This document shows, piece after piece, positions 39,201 to 48,560 of a stretch of 64,000 bases of DNA (position 1 is its first letter; each line of letters starts with the position of its first letter). The stretch covers positions 2,137 to 66,136 of the forward strand of contig CAJIYX010000027.1 in NCBI GenBank assembly GCA_905181725.1, given 5' to 3'. The translations under genes were made by a program, and so were the position numbers. The notes below the pieces were generated by a model, which had not been told where the DNA came from, made no database searches, and saw only the letters and a list, made by a program, of their open reading frames with translations. The DNA comes from Alphaproteobacteria bacterium UBA830. Its GTDB lineage: Bacteria > Pseudomonadota > Alphaproteobacteria > MPNO01 > UBA830.

Positions 39201-39257
39201 GGCCGATCCGTCTACCAGATAGACATGATCAAGTTCTTCTGTGCCCGCCATTTTCAT
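36222..39257 (-). CDS. polA: DNA polymerase I
   Basis: 1011 aa with 5'-nuclease, 3'-5' exonuclease (VAFDTETSSLD) and polymerase motifs (DYSQIELRLLAH, QVHDELIFE). Carries an unusual insertion (see findings). Confidence 0.95.
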   Translation of the reverse strand: MKMAGTEELDHVYLVDGSAYIFRAFHALPPMTRADGTPVNAVYGFTNMLTKLVEDSEADFLAVIFDTARKTFRSDIYPEYKAHRPPAPEELIPQFDLIREATRAYSLPCLELEGFEADDLIATYARHAVEQGFDVTIVSSDKDMMQLVGPGVRMLDPMKNKFIGPAEVVEKFGVAPDRVVDVQALLGDSTDNVPGIKGIGEAPAAQLINEFGSLDELFKAAKDPEAVKAMAVEKADACKARIYELAGREFSIGSTKQLKEVLIDELKLPVPNDKKTGKPTTNAAAMNTLAAKDHEIAQKIIDYRFYSKVNTSFADLVHNEQEIAEISRQLVTLRADVPVDHKIAEFQKKRPDPEVLIPFLEEQGFRTIVSKVRAEFGVGEVHVTADMETSPGDADYELVQDEDALKAWIAAAEAAGVVAFDTETSSLDSMEADLVGLSLSVKGGSACYVPLAHVTPGGVADGELDLGDAAAPKAAAPKQIAFDKAVALLKPMLEDPGVLKVGQNIKYDMQVMARYGVEIAPVDDTMVLSYVLEGGLHGHGLDELATLLLGHTNIKYAEVAGTGKKQIGFAEVALDKALDYAAEDAEVTGRLYRQLKPRIATEQMTTVYETLERALIPVLSDMERRGISIDATFLKDLSGDLEKRAADIAEETYKLAGREFNIGSPKQLGEILFDEMSLEGGKKTKTGAYGTGADILEGLAAQGHDLPRRVLDWRQLTKLRSTYTDALVAQINPQTKRVHTSYAQAIASTGRLSSTDPNLQNIPIRTEEGRKIRQAFIADKGNVLLSADYSQIELRLLAHVAGIETLVQAFRDGLDIHAMTASEVFGIPVEGMESSVRSRAKAINFGIIYGISPFGLARQLSIPQGEAKKYIESYFEKFPGIKDYMETTKTFAREHGYVQTIFGRKCHTPGIADKNPARRNFSERAAINAPLQGAAADIIKRAMIRIDPALAKARLGAKMLLQVHDELIFEVPEAELDDTAALVKKVMEDAAHLDVPLVVETGSGANWDQAH

Positions 39258-39359
39258 TCGTTCCTGTTTCTGCCCTGTGAAGGCACAGCATGCAGAAACC
39301 GGGAGCGAGAGTCGAGAATCTACGAGACGAATTCAGCGCGAATTCTGCCCTGTTTTACC

Positions 39360-40022
39360 CTACGCCTCGGGATCTCCTTTGCGCATCAGCTCCGTCTGTT
39401 CTTCGTAGGACCGGTACCCGCCCTCTTTCTCTGCGCGCCCGTGATCCTTGGCCGGCAGGTCCGGCTGGATTTCCTCTGAGCGCTTCCATCCCGCCAGTGG
39501 CGTGTGCTCTCCGTCGCGCGGCACATAGCGCGAGCCCGTCACCTTGTCGTAGCGGTGCACATAGCGCGGGCAATTGCGAAAAATCTCTGAGACGGTCACG
39601 CGGACAATCAGCTGCGCCTCATACACATCGGCCAGTAACGGATCGTTTTCGTCAATCGTCGCAGTGCCCTGAATCCGTAGCCGGTAGGGTTTTTCAAAAT
39701 CGGTGAACAGCAGACCGACCTAACCGTTCCCGGCAATATTGCCCATGGAATAAAACATGCCGTTGCCGTCAAAAGAAGGGAACGCCAGTGTCACCTCATC
39801 CAGCACGCAGACGAATCCGGTATCGCCGCCCTTGTATGAAACCGTCGGGCGGCCCTGATGATCGACCGTCGCCAGCCAGAACATGTCCCGCGCTTCAATA
39901 AAGTCGTGGTGGAAGTCGTTGATAACGGGTTCGACCACCCGGCGCTCCACATTATCGGCGAGCCGCCGTGTATCGAACTGGTCCTGATAGGCGCGGTGGT
40001 GGGGGCCGTATAGGGTAGACAT
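39360..40022 (-). pseudogene. Pyridoxamine 5'-phosphate oxidase-family FMN-binding protein interrupted by an in-frame TAG
   Basis: MSTLYGPHHRAYQDQFDTRRLADN...FYSMGNIAGNG, then TAG (39720..39722), then VGLLFTDFEKPYRLRIQGTATIDE...FRNCPRYVHRY, all in one frame. Confidence 0.65.
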
Positions 40023-40116
40023 GATCAAACCCCTTTCAGTCGGTGTTCGGGTGCATCTACCGAAACATAGCCGGGATATCGCGCACATTCAGCCTTTCAT
40101 CCCGCCTTAATCCGCC

Positions 40117-40293
40117 TTAATCCACCGGGGGAAGCACAACGGCAAATGTGTTGCCGCCAGTATTGCAGCAGGCATCGGCGAACAAACCGATGTCGAGTAT
40201 CAACAACAGGACAATTTCGGACACCAGAAAAGCGACCGCCACGGCCACGGTACCGGCCACGGAAAGATAAGAATTTCTATAGATGCTGAACAT
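40117..40293 (-). CDS. Possible 58-aa small membrane protein (below the ORF-track cutoff)
   Basis: Hand translation MFSIYRNSYLSVAGTVAVAVAFLVSEIVLLLILDIGLFADACCNTGGNTFAVVLPPVD, with GGGGGA upstream of the ATG and one clear TM segment. No other support. Confidence 0.25.
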   Translation of the reverse strand: MFSIYRNSYLSVAGTVAVAVAFLVSEIVLLLILDIGLFADACCNTGGNTFAVVLPPVD

Positions 40294-40366
40294 CTGAATT
40301 CCCCCACAACAACGTTCCAGCGAACGATAGGGAATCCAGGATGAAAGCCGGCTGAACGGGTTTTGC

Positions 40367-41362
40367 TTAAGGTTTCAGAACCACCTTGCCGAGGATATCG
40401 CGCGCATCAATCAGTTCATGCGCTTTGCGGGCATCGCTGAGCGGCAGGGTGGCATGGATCGGTGGGAAGAGCCCGCCACCGGCGAACCGGTCGACCACTT
40501 CACCAAGCACGCGGGCCCGCGCATCCGGGTTGGCGTCGTAGCTGTGCCACGAAAAACACCGCACCGCCGGGCTTTTGCCCAAATGGGCACGCATTTCGGC
40601 GAACAGTTCTTTTTCCGGCAGCCCGGCGAGCGCGTTGAACGAAAGGATCATGCCGAGCGGCGCCAGCATACGCAGATTATCGGTAAAATCCGGGCCGACA
40701 AGCTGATCGAGCACCAGGTCGACACCGCGCCCATCGGTCAGCTCCAGCACGCTGTCCGCGACATTTCCCGATCCGGAGTTACCCGATCCGTAGTTAAGCG
40801 TATGGGTCGCCCCGAGATCTTTGGCGAAGGCGCATTTGGCATCGCTGCTTGCCCCACCGATGACCTCGATCCCTTCAAGACGGCAGAGATCGATCACGGC
40901 GGAGCCGACACCGCCGGCAGTCCCATTCACATAAACAGTCTTAACATCGGTCCCCGCGCAGGCTTCTTTGAGCAGACACCATGCAATGGCGTAGTTGGGA
41001 ATGCACACGGCAGCGTCGAGATCGACCTCGCCGGGCAGTGCCGTCACAATATCAGCCGGCACCGCATTCAATTCTGCATGACGCCCGCCGCCTGTGCCGA
41101 AGACCAACACCGCCTGGTCCAGCGCCAGATGACTGACGCCGGCGCCGACGCCGATAACGTGACCGCTCATTTCGTTGCCGATAACGGCGGGCAGTTCGGG
41201 CATCCACTTGTACACGCCGCTCCGGAGCAGCATGTCGGGTTTGCCGACACCGAAGGCATGGGCCTTGACCAGCACCTCGCCCGGGCCCGCCGTCGGGTCG
41301 GGCAGATCGACATATTCCAGAACCTCCGGCCCGCCGGTCTCCGAGAACTGTATTGCTTTCAC
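40367..41362 (-). CDS. NADPH:quinone oxidoreductase / zinc-type alcohol dehydrogenase-like (MDR family)
   Basis: 331 aa, MKAIQFSETGGPEVLEYVDLPDP..., with Rossmann motif GTAGGVGSAVIDL. Confidence 0.85.
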   Translation of the reverse strand: MKAIQFSETGGPEVLEYVDLPDPTAGPGEVLVKAHAFGVGKPDMLLRSGVYKWMPELPAVIGNEMSGHVIGVGAGVSHLALDQAVLVFGTGGGRHAELNAVPADIVTALPGEVDLDAAVCIPNYAIAWCLLKEACAGTDVKTVYVNGTAGGVGSAVIDLCRLEGIEVIGGASSDAKCAFAKDLGATHTLNYGSGNSGSGNVADSVLELTDGRGVDLVLDQLVGPDFTDNLRMLAPLGMILSFNALAGLPEKELFAEMRAHLGKSPAVRCFSWHSYDANPDARARVLGEVVDRFAGGGLFPPIHATLPLSDARKAHELIDARDILGKVVLKP

Positions 41363-41400
41363 GCCACCACCATCATTTCGTCCTTATCGTGCTGCCCCTA

Positions 41401-42339
41401 TCAGGTCGTCCTTCGTGACGCCCGACGGGCTTTCCGGCTCGCCAGCGTCACCCCGATGACGATCAGGACAGCGCCGACGACATGATAAACGCCAATCGAT
41501 TCGCCGAGCAGCGGGATCGCCAGGACCGCGGTAAAGACCGGGATCAGATACATATACAAAGTCGATCTGCTGGGACCGATCCGGGCGATGGCGCTGTTCC
41601 AGATCAGAATGGCCACGACCGATGGAAAAATCGCGAGAAACGTCAGCGACACCGCCGATTTGGCGCTCAGCACGACCTGCTCACCCGACGTAATTTCATA
41701 GGCGACGAACGGCACATGGCAGAGCGCGCCGACCGCGCAGATCACGGTCAGCAAAGAAAGCGGATGAATCCCGTCTGGCATCTTTTTGATCGATATGCCG
41801 TATGCGCCCACGCCGAGACAGCTGGCGACAAGCATAAGATCCCCGGCATTGAACGACAGAGCCAGGAGGGACGCCGGATCGCCCCGGGAAACCATATACA
41901 ATACACCCGCAATCGCGGTCGAGATGCCGAGCCACACAGCACCTCTGATCGGCTCCCTGAGGACCACCCATGACAGAAGCACCGTCATCACGGGCGTCGA
42001 CGTCACAATGACGCCGGCATTGATGGCGCTGGTATAGGTCATCGCCACATAGCTCACGCCCCCGACCATGAATGGCATCATAAAGCCCGCGAGGCAAAGG
42101 GTTTTCCAGTGGCGGCGAATGAAGCCGTAATCATTCCGCAGGTGGGTCCAGGCAAACGGCAGGAGGATCAGTGCGCCCCCGCCCCAGCGCACGAAGCCCA
42201 TGATGTAGGGCGGCGTATCTCCCGCCGCCCAGCGGCCGATAATGTAGTTAAGGGCAAAGATCATCATCGCGACCAGCATCATCAAATGGGCGATAGCCTC
42301 CGTGCGGGAGGCGGCCTGCGTCCCAGATCTGTCGGTCAT
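41401..42339 (-). CDS. DMT-superfamily (EamA-like) transporter
   Basis: 312 aa, ten predicted TMs, two EamA halves. Confidence 0.85.
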   Translation of the reverse strand: MTDRSGTQAASRTEAIAHLMMLVAMMIFALNYIIGRWAAGDTPPYIMGFVRWGGGALILLPFAWTHLRNDYGFIRRHWKTLCLAGFMMPFMVGGVSYVAMTYTSAINAGVIVTSTPVMTVLLSWVVLREPIRGAVWLGISTAIAGVLYMVSRGDPASLLALSFNAGDLMLVASCLGVGAYGISIKKMPDGIHPLSLLTVICAVGALCHVPFVAYEITSGEQVVLSAKSAVSLTFLAIFPSVVAILIWNSAIARIGPSRSTLYMYLIPVFTAVLAIPLLGESIGVYHVVGAVLIVIGVTLASRKARRASRRTT

Positions 42340-43256
42340 TCAGCGGCGGCTTTGGGTTTCCGGCTGGACAGTGTGACGCCGGCGATAATGACCGCGCCGC
42401 CCACAATGTGGAAGGCGGAGATCGTCTCACCCAGCAGGGGAATACCGAAAATCGCGGCGAAGACCGGCGTCAGATACATGTAATAACCGGCCCGCTGCGC
42501 GCCGAGACGGGCGATGGCGTTGTTCCAGCACATGATGGCGACGATGGACGGGAAGACCGCAACAAAGGCGAGCGACACGAAGGTGACCGGGCTCGGCGAC
42601 GGGATCTGCCCGGTGGCGATTTCGGTCACAAAAAACGGCACGTGAATGATCGACCCGACGGCGCAGACGCAGGTCAGCAGAGACAGCGGGTGGATGCCGG
42701 GCGGGAGCCGCTTTACAGCAATACTATACCCGGCAAGCCCCAGATTGCAGGCGATCAGGATGGCATCGCCGAGATTAAATGTAAGGTTGAGCAAGACCTT
42801 CGGATCGCCTCGCGAAATCAGATACAGCACACCGGCAATCGCGAGCGCCGTGCCCATCCACTGCGTCACCGTTGTCCGTTCCCGCAGGAATATCCAGGCG
42901 AGGATAACAATCATCACCGGCATAGATGTCTGGATGACCCCGCCATTGACCGCCGTGGTGTGGGCAAGCGCAACATAGGTGACGCCCGCGCCCATGAACG
43001 GCATCAGAAAACCGGCCAACACCAGCAGCTTCCAGCTGGAAGCCAGTTTTTCGCGATCGGCCTTCAAGTGCTGCCAAGCAAAGGGCAATAACACGATCGC
43101 CGCGAAGGTCCAGCGCGTAAATCCGAGCGTGTAGGCAGGCACCTCGCCCGCGGCCAGCCGACCAACAACGTAATTGAGCCCGAAAATCAGCACGGCCACC
43201 AGCATCATCACATGGGCAATGTCTTCGCGGCGGGCGGGAGCGTTTGGTTCGGTCAT
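42336..43256 (-). CDS. DMT-superfamily (EamA-like) transporter, tandem paralogue
   Basis: Start set at ATG 43256 (MTEPNAPARREDIAHVMMLVAV...), parallel to the paralogue's N-terminus. Its stop overlaps the downstream start. Confidence 0.8.
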   Translation of the reverse strand: MTEPNAPARREDIAHVMMLVAVLIFGLNYVVGRLAAGEVPAYTLGFTRWTFAAIVLLPFAWQHLKADREKLASSWKLLVLAGFLMPFMGAGVTYVALAHTTAVNGGVIQTSMPVMIVILAWIFLRERTTVTQWMGTALAIAGVLYLISRGDPKVLLNLTFNLGDAILIACNLGLAGYSIAVKRLPPGIHPLSLLTCVCAVGSIIHVPFFVTEIATGQIPSPSPVTFVSLAFVAVFPSIVAIMCWNNAIARLGAQRAGYYMYLTPVFAAIFGIPLLGETISAFHIVGGAVIIAGVTLSSRKPKAAAE

Positions 43257-43427
43257 TATTGCCTGTTGTTTATTGGGTCTTGGTGGATACCCGGAACGTA
43301 CTCGTCGGTAAGTACTTTGACCGTCAGCGCGGTCCTGCTTTTTCTGATCGTTCGCATACAAATAGCCAGGCACGTTACCATGTCGGATGCACACGCGAAA
43401 AGCGTTGTGTCGGGCGCGTGCTTCCCG

Positions 43428-43442
43428 GAAAATTAGATTTTC
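43428..43442. promoter_or_regulatory. 15-bp palindrome GAAAATtagATTTTC upstream of the monooxygenase pseudogene
   Basis: Read directly from the sequence. Lies 25 nt upstream of ATG 43467. Confidence 0.3.
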
Positions 43443-43466
43443 TGAAATAGAATATTGAGCTGGAAC

Positions 43467-44647
43467 ATGGCTGAAGTCGCCTCATCGCTGCCACAGGACA
43501 CGTCACAGACAGCGACGGATATTTATGCCCGCGCGGAGGCCCTGCACCCGACCCTGCGCGCCCGTGCCGCAGACGCAGACGCTGCCCACATGGTGCCGGC
43601 GGAATCGGTTGCCGATTTTCGCGAAGCGGGCCTGATCCGCATGACCCAGCCCGAACGTTTCGGCGGGCAGGCCATGGGCTGGGACGTGCTGTGCGGTGTC
43701 TCGCAGCCCTGACCCGAGCCGATGGCGCCCAGGGCTGGGTGCAGGCGATCATGGCCGATCACGCCCAGATGCTCGGCACATTTCCGCTCCTGGCGCAGGA
43801 AGATGTCTGGGGCAAGAACCCGGAAGCAGTGATGTCCGCCTCGTTCGACCCCAAGGGCATCGCCACCCCGGTCGAGGGCGGTTATTCGTTTTCCGGCCGG
43901 TTCGGCTTTGCCAGCGGCATCGACCATGCGGACTGGTTGATCTGCGGCGGGTTCATTGTCGATGGAGATAAACGCGACGGGCCGTATTTCTTCCTGCTGC
44001 GCCGGTCGGAGGCGACAATTATCGACGACTGGCACACCATCGGGCTCGAAGGCACGGGATCGAAAAGCTTTTCGGTCGAGGATGTGTTCGTGCCCGATTA
44101 CGCTCTCCTGCGGGGGGAAGACGCGCGCACCGGCAACGGGCCGGGCGCCGCGGTCAATCCGGGCGGGGTGTACCGTCTGCCGCGTGGTTTCCTGACCCCG
44201 GCGCTGTTCGCGTCGATGACGGTCGGCATGGCACAGGGCCTGCTAGATCAGTGGCTCGCCTATACCGCGACGCGTATGTCGCGCGGCACCAAGGTCGCCG
44301 ACAACCCGACAAGCCATGTGATCGTAGGGGAATGCGCCGCTGAGATAGATGCCGCGGAAGCGCTCAACCGCGACACCATTACGGCCGCCATGAAGGTTCT
44401 GGAAGCGGGCGGCACATTGAGCGACGCAGAACTTCTGCGCGCCAAGCGAAATTCAGCCTGGGCCTGCCGTACCGCGCTTGAAGCCGGCACGCGCCTGTTC
44501 AATACCGCCGGCGGGACCGCAATATTCAAAGGCGGGGCGGTGGAGCGGGAATACCGCAACCTGCTGGCCAGTGCGTCGCACCACATCGTCAATTGGGAAG
44601 TCAACGCGCTGGACAGCGGAGCCACGATGCTGCGGGACGCTTCGTAA
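43467..44647 (+). pseudogene. Acyl-CoA-dehydrogenase-fold flavin-dependent monooxygenase (HpaH-C2/HsaA-like), frameshifted
   Basis: The N-terminal ~80 aa (ORF 43455..43712, ...ERFGGQAMGWDVLCGV) and the remaining 318 aa (ORF 43691..44647, ...LAALTRADGAQGWVQAIMADH...) overlap in different frames. The shift lies near 43690..43712. Confidence 0.65.
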
Positions 44648-44665
44648 GCGCCGGAAGCCTGGGGA

Positions 44666-45395
44666 TTAAAGCGGGAAAGGCGCGGCGCCGATAATCGGCC
44701 CGCTTTGCGCGCTCTGCAGGATGACCACGCAGCCGTCACGGCCCGTGGCGCCCAGCGCCTTCCGGTCTACACGGGTTGCGAGTGCGTTGCCGTCCCAGTC
44801 GCCTATGCGTTTATAGGTCCGCACGATATTAGCATTCGTGATGGTCTCGCCGCGGTTTTCACTAGCACGGATTTTGGTCTTCACCGCGGTATCGTAAAAC
44901 CCGATCCACAACTCGCCTTTGCGTTCCCCACCAGGCAGCGCATCGGGGACGCGGATATCGGTCGAGCCATCCTTGTTATGGGTGACGTCGATTTTGATCT
45001 TCTGCGCCGCCGCCGCCATCGTGATCAGGCTGGACACGATGGCCCGGTTAGAGCCGGCGGTTTCGGCGCGCCCGTCGACGACGATCTGCGGCGTATAGAC
45101 GTAGCGTTTTTTTCATGGTGCGCCCATAGGCGCGCTGGCGGGCCGTGGCCTCGGGCGACGAGAACGGATCGTTCCAGCCGATATAATTCCAGTAGTCGAC
45201 ATGGAATGACAACGCGATCACGTCATCGCGTTTTGCAAGCTCCGCCAGGTACACGTCCGCCGGCGGGCAGGACGAACAGCCCTGCGACGTAAACAGCTCG
45301 ACGACAATTTTTTTGCCACCCCCGGCAAATTCCGGTAGGGCCAGGAGGGTTCAAACGACTGCGCTTGTCAGTAAGGTCCGGACAGGTCTGAACAT
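44666..45395 (-). pseudogene. DUF1223 (thioredoxin-like CxxC secreted protein), disrupted by an in-frame TGA and a homopolymer frameshift
   Basis: Hand translation from ATG 45395 gives MFRPVRTLLTSAVV, then TGA (45351..45353), then [40 protein letters not shown]...[11 protein letters not shown]. The frame is lost at the T7/A7 run 45107..45113. The continuation ...[36 protein letters not shown]... is the frame of ORF 44666..45037. Confidence 0.75.
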
Positions 45396-45460
45396 GGCTC
45401 GTTTATAGGAGCCAGAGATTAAGAATGCCTAATCAACCGCGTTCACTTGTGAGTGAGGTT

Positions 45461-45502
45461 TAGAAAAGAAAACGGCCCGCACTCCCAAAGGGAGCGCGGG
45501 CC
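45461..45502 (-). terminator. Rho-independent terminator after acnA
   Basis: Minus strand reads GGCCCGCGCTCCC-ttt-GGGAGTGCGGGCC followed by gttttcttttc. Confidence 0.8.
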
Positions 45503-45527
45503 GGGAAGCCAGTATTGAAGCCGGTAT

Positions 45528-48227
45528 CTACGCGGCGTCGAGCATGTTGCGGATCACATACTGCAGGATTCCACCGTTCTTGTAGTAGTCGAGCTCGTCG
45601 AGCGTATCGATACGGCAGAGCAGTTTTACATCGACGCTGGAGCCGTCGGCACGGTGGATCGTGCAGTCGAGATCGCTGCGCGGGCTCAGCCCTTCGGCCA
45701 CACCCTTGATGTCGAACGTCTCGGTCCCGTTGAGGCCCAGGGACTGGCGGGTCGCGCCATCCGTGAACTGCAACGGCAGCACGCCCATGCCGATCAGGTT
45801 CGACCGGTGAATACGCTCGAAGCTTTCAACGATCACGGCGCGGGCGCCGAGCAGCGTGGTGCCCTTTGCCGCCCAGTCACGTGACGAGCCGGTGCCGTAT
45901 TCCTTTCCGCCGACGATCACCAGCGGCACACCTTCCGCCGTGTATTTCATCGCTGCGTCATAGACCGGCATCTGTTCGCCCGACGGCTGATGCGTGGTCA
46001 CACCGCCTTCGACACCCGGCACCATTTCATTGCGGATTCGGATATTAGCAAACGTGCCGCGCATCATCACTTCGTGGTTGCCACGGCGCGAGCCGTAGGA
46101 ATTGAACTGCGCGGGACGGATCTGGCGTTCGAGCAGGTATTCGCCCGCCGGGCTTTCCCGCTGAATGCTACCCGCCGGCGAGATGTGATCCGTGGTGACG
46201 GAATCGGCGAGGATCAGCAACGGACGCGCGCCGGTGATGTCGGTGATCGCCTCAGGCTCCCGCTCCATGCCTTCGAAGAAGGATGGATATTTTACATAGG
46301 TGCTGGATTCCTGCCAGCCATATGTTTCCGACTTCGTGCTCTCGATCTTCTGCCACTCTTCCGGTCCTTCGAACACGTTCTCGTAGCGGCTGCGATACAT
46401 CTCGGCGGTCAGGCATTCGCGCATGGTGTCGTGAATTTCCTGATTGGTCGGCCATATGTCCTTCAGATAAACGTCATTGCCGTCGGTGTCCTGGCCGAGC
46501 GGATCGGTCGACAGGTTAACCTTGAGCGAGCCGGCCAGCGCATAGGCAACGACCAGCGGCGGCGAAGCAAGATAGTTCGCCCGGACCTGCTGATGGACGC
46601 GGCCTTCGAAGTTACGGTTGCCGGACAGCACGGCGCCGACGACGAGATCATCCGCATCCACCGCGTCCGCGACCTTGTCGATCAGCGGGCCGGAATTACC
46701 GATACAGGTCGTGCAGCCGAAGCCGACGATGTTAAAGCCGAGCGCATCGAGATCGTCCTGCAATTCAGCCTTGGCCAGATAGTCACGCACCACCTGGCTG
46801 CCAGGCGCGAGCGATGTCTTCACCCACGGCTTGGCTTTCAGGCCCTTGGCAATGGCGTTGCGGGCAAGCAGCCCGGCACCGACCAGCACCGACGGGTTCG
46901 ATGTATTGGTACAGCTGGTAATCGCCGCGATGACGACATCGCCGTCTTCGACCGTGTAATCGTCGCCGGTGGCGCGGGCGAGCTGGTCGCTCTCCGCCGC
47001 GACAGAACCTCGGTAATCGGCAATCGCGTCCATGCCCGATTTCTTGACGTCGGACAGAACCACCCGGTCCTGCGGGCGCTTAGGCCCGGCAAGTGACGGC
47101 TCAACCGTCGACAGATCAAGTTCCATCGTCGCCGTGAACACCGGATCGGGCGTGTTTTCGTCACGCCACATCCCTTGCGCCTTTGCATAGGCTTCGACGA
47201 GGGCAACCTGTGCCGCGTCGCGGCCGGTGAACGCAAGATAGTCGCAGGTTTCGCGGTCGATCGGGAAGAAGCCGCAGGTCGCGCCGTATTCGGGCGCCAT
47301 GTTGCCGATGGTCGCACGGTCGGGCAGCGACAGCGCGCCGACACCCGGGCCGAAGAATTCGACGAACTTGCCGACAACGCCTTTGGCGCGCAGCATCTGC
47401 GTGACCGTCAGCACCAGATCGGTGGCGGTCATACCTTCTTTCATCTCGCCCGTCAGCTTCATGCCGACGACTTCGGGCAGCAGCATCGAGATCGGCTGGC
47501 CGAGCATCGCGGCCTCGGCCTCGATCCCGCCGACACCCCAGGACAGAACGGCCAGGCCGTTGACCATGGTGGTGTGGCTGTCGGTGCCGACGACGGTATC
47601 GGGATACGCCACCGATTTGCCGCTGGCATCGTCCGTCACCCAGACGGTCTGGGACAGGTATTCAAGGTTCACCTGATGGCAGATACCGGTGCCCGGCGGC
47701 ACAACACGGAAATTATTGAACGCCTTCGATCCCCAGCTCAGGAATTCGTAGCGTTCCTTGTTCCGTTCAAATTCAAGTTTAACGTTGTTGTCGAATGCGC
47801 TGGCCGTGCCTGATTCATCGATCATCACGGAATGGTCGATCACCAGATCGACCGTGTTCAGCGGATTGATCTTCTGCGGGTCACCGCCGAGCTGGACCAT
47901 CGCATCGCGCATCGCGGCGAGATCAACCACGGCGGGAACGCCCGTGAAGTCCTGCAGCAGGATGCGCGCCGGGCGATAGGCGATTTCCAGATCGGATTTC
48001 TGGGTCTCAACCCATTTCGCCGCCTTTTCGATATCGGCGACGGTGACCGTGCGGCCGTCTTCATAACGCAGGAGATTTTCGAGCAGCACTTTCAGCGAGA
48101 AAGGCAGACGCGAGATGTCGCCGTATCCGGCATCGGACACCGCGCTGAGGCTGTAATAGTCATATGATTTTCCACCGGCTTCGAGGCTGCGGCGGGCCTT
48201 CAGCGTATCCTGTCCGATTGCGCTCAC
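45528..48227 (-). CDS. acnA: Aconitate hydratase A
   Basis: GTG 48227 behind AAGGAGA gives 899 aa. Fe-S ligand contexts DSHTTM, TSCTNTSNP and CTTCIGNSG are present. The ORF-track start at 48386 is an over-extension. Confidence 0.95.
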   Translation of the reverse strand: MSAIGQDTLKARRSLEAGGKSYDYYSLSAVSDAGYGDISRLPFSLKVLLENLLRYEDGRTVTVADIEKAAKWVETQKSDLEIAYRPARILLQDFTGVPAVVDLAAMRDAMVQLGGDPQKINPLNTVDLVIDHSVMIDESGTASAFDNNVKLEFERNKERYEFLSWGSKAFNNFRVVPPGTGICHQVNLEYLSQTVWVTDDASGKSVAYPDTVVGTDSHTTMVNGLAVLSWGVGGIEAEAAMLGQPISMLLPEVVGMKLTGEMKEGMTATDLVLTVTQMLRAKGVVGKFVEFFGPGVGALSLPDRATIGNMAPEYGATCGFFPIDRETCDYLAFTGRDAAQVALVEAYAKAQGMWRDENTPDPVFTATMELDLSTVEPSLAGPKRPQDRVVLSDVKKSGMDAIADYRGSVAAESDQLARATGDDYTVEDGDVVIAAITSCTNTSNPSVLVGAGLLARNAIAKGLKAKPWVKTSLAPGSQVVRDYLAKAELQDDLDALGFNIVGFGCTTCIGNSGPLIDKVADAVDADDLVVGAVLSGNRNFEGRVHQQVRANYLASPPLVVAYALAGSLKVNLSTDPLGQDTDGNDVYLKDIWPTNQEIHDTMRECLTAEMYRSRYENVFEGPEEWQKIESTKSETYGWQESSTYVKYPSFFEGMEREPEAITDITGARPLLILADSVTTDHISPAGSIQRESPAGEYLLERQIRPAQFNSYGSRRGNHEVMMRGTFANIRIRNEMVPGVEGGVTTHQPSGEQMPVYDAAMKYTAEGVPLVIVGGKEYGTGSSRDWAAKGTTLLGARAVIVESFERIHRSNLIGMGVLPLQFTDGATRQSLGLNGTETFDIKGVAEGLSPRSDLDCTIHRADGSSVDVKLLCRIDTLDELDYYKNGGILQYVIRNMLDAA

Positions 48228-48463
48228 GATCGATCTCCTTCTTTTGTCTGATGCGGGGCGGAAACTAGCGGCTAACGTCACTGAATCCAATAGTAATGAC
48301 ACTTTGGGCAAAACCAGGGTCCCGCTGCACAAAAGACACCCACCGGCCCTGCCCGTCACGCCGACAGGATAAGTCCGGTCGGCCAAGGACAGGTATCAGG
48401 TTAGGTATAAAGCCCGGTTTTCTGCGCCTGCAGCTCCCTTACCAGTCCGGCAAGCCAAAGAGT

Positions 48464-48480
48464 CATATCGGACCGATATG
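48464..48480. promoter_or_regulatory. Perfect 17-bp palindrome CATATCGGaCCGATATG in the acnA / ccmA divergent region
   Basis: Read directly from the sequence. Confidence 0.35.
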
Positions 48481-48560
48481 TTCGTTTCATGAACAAATCA
48501 CATTCCTGCCACAATTGCGCCCTTGTCCGGCCCCAATTGCAGCACAATATGAAATTGTAG

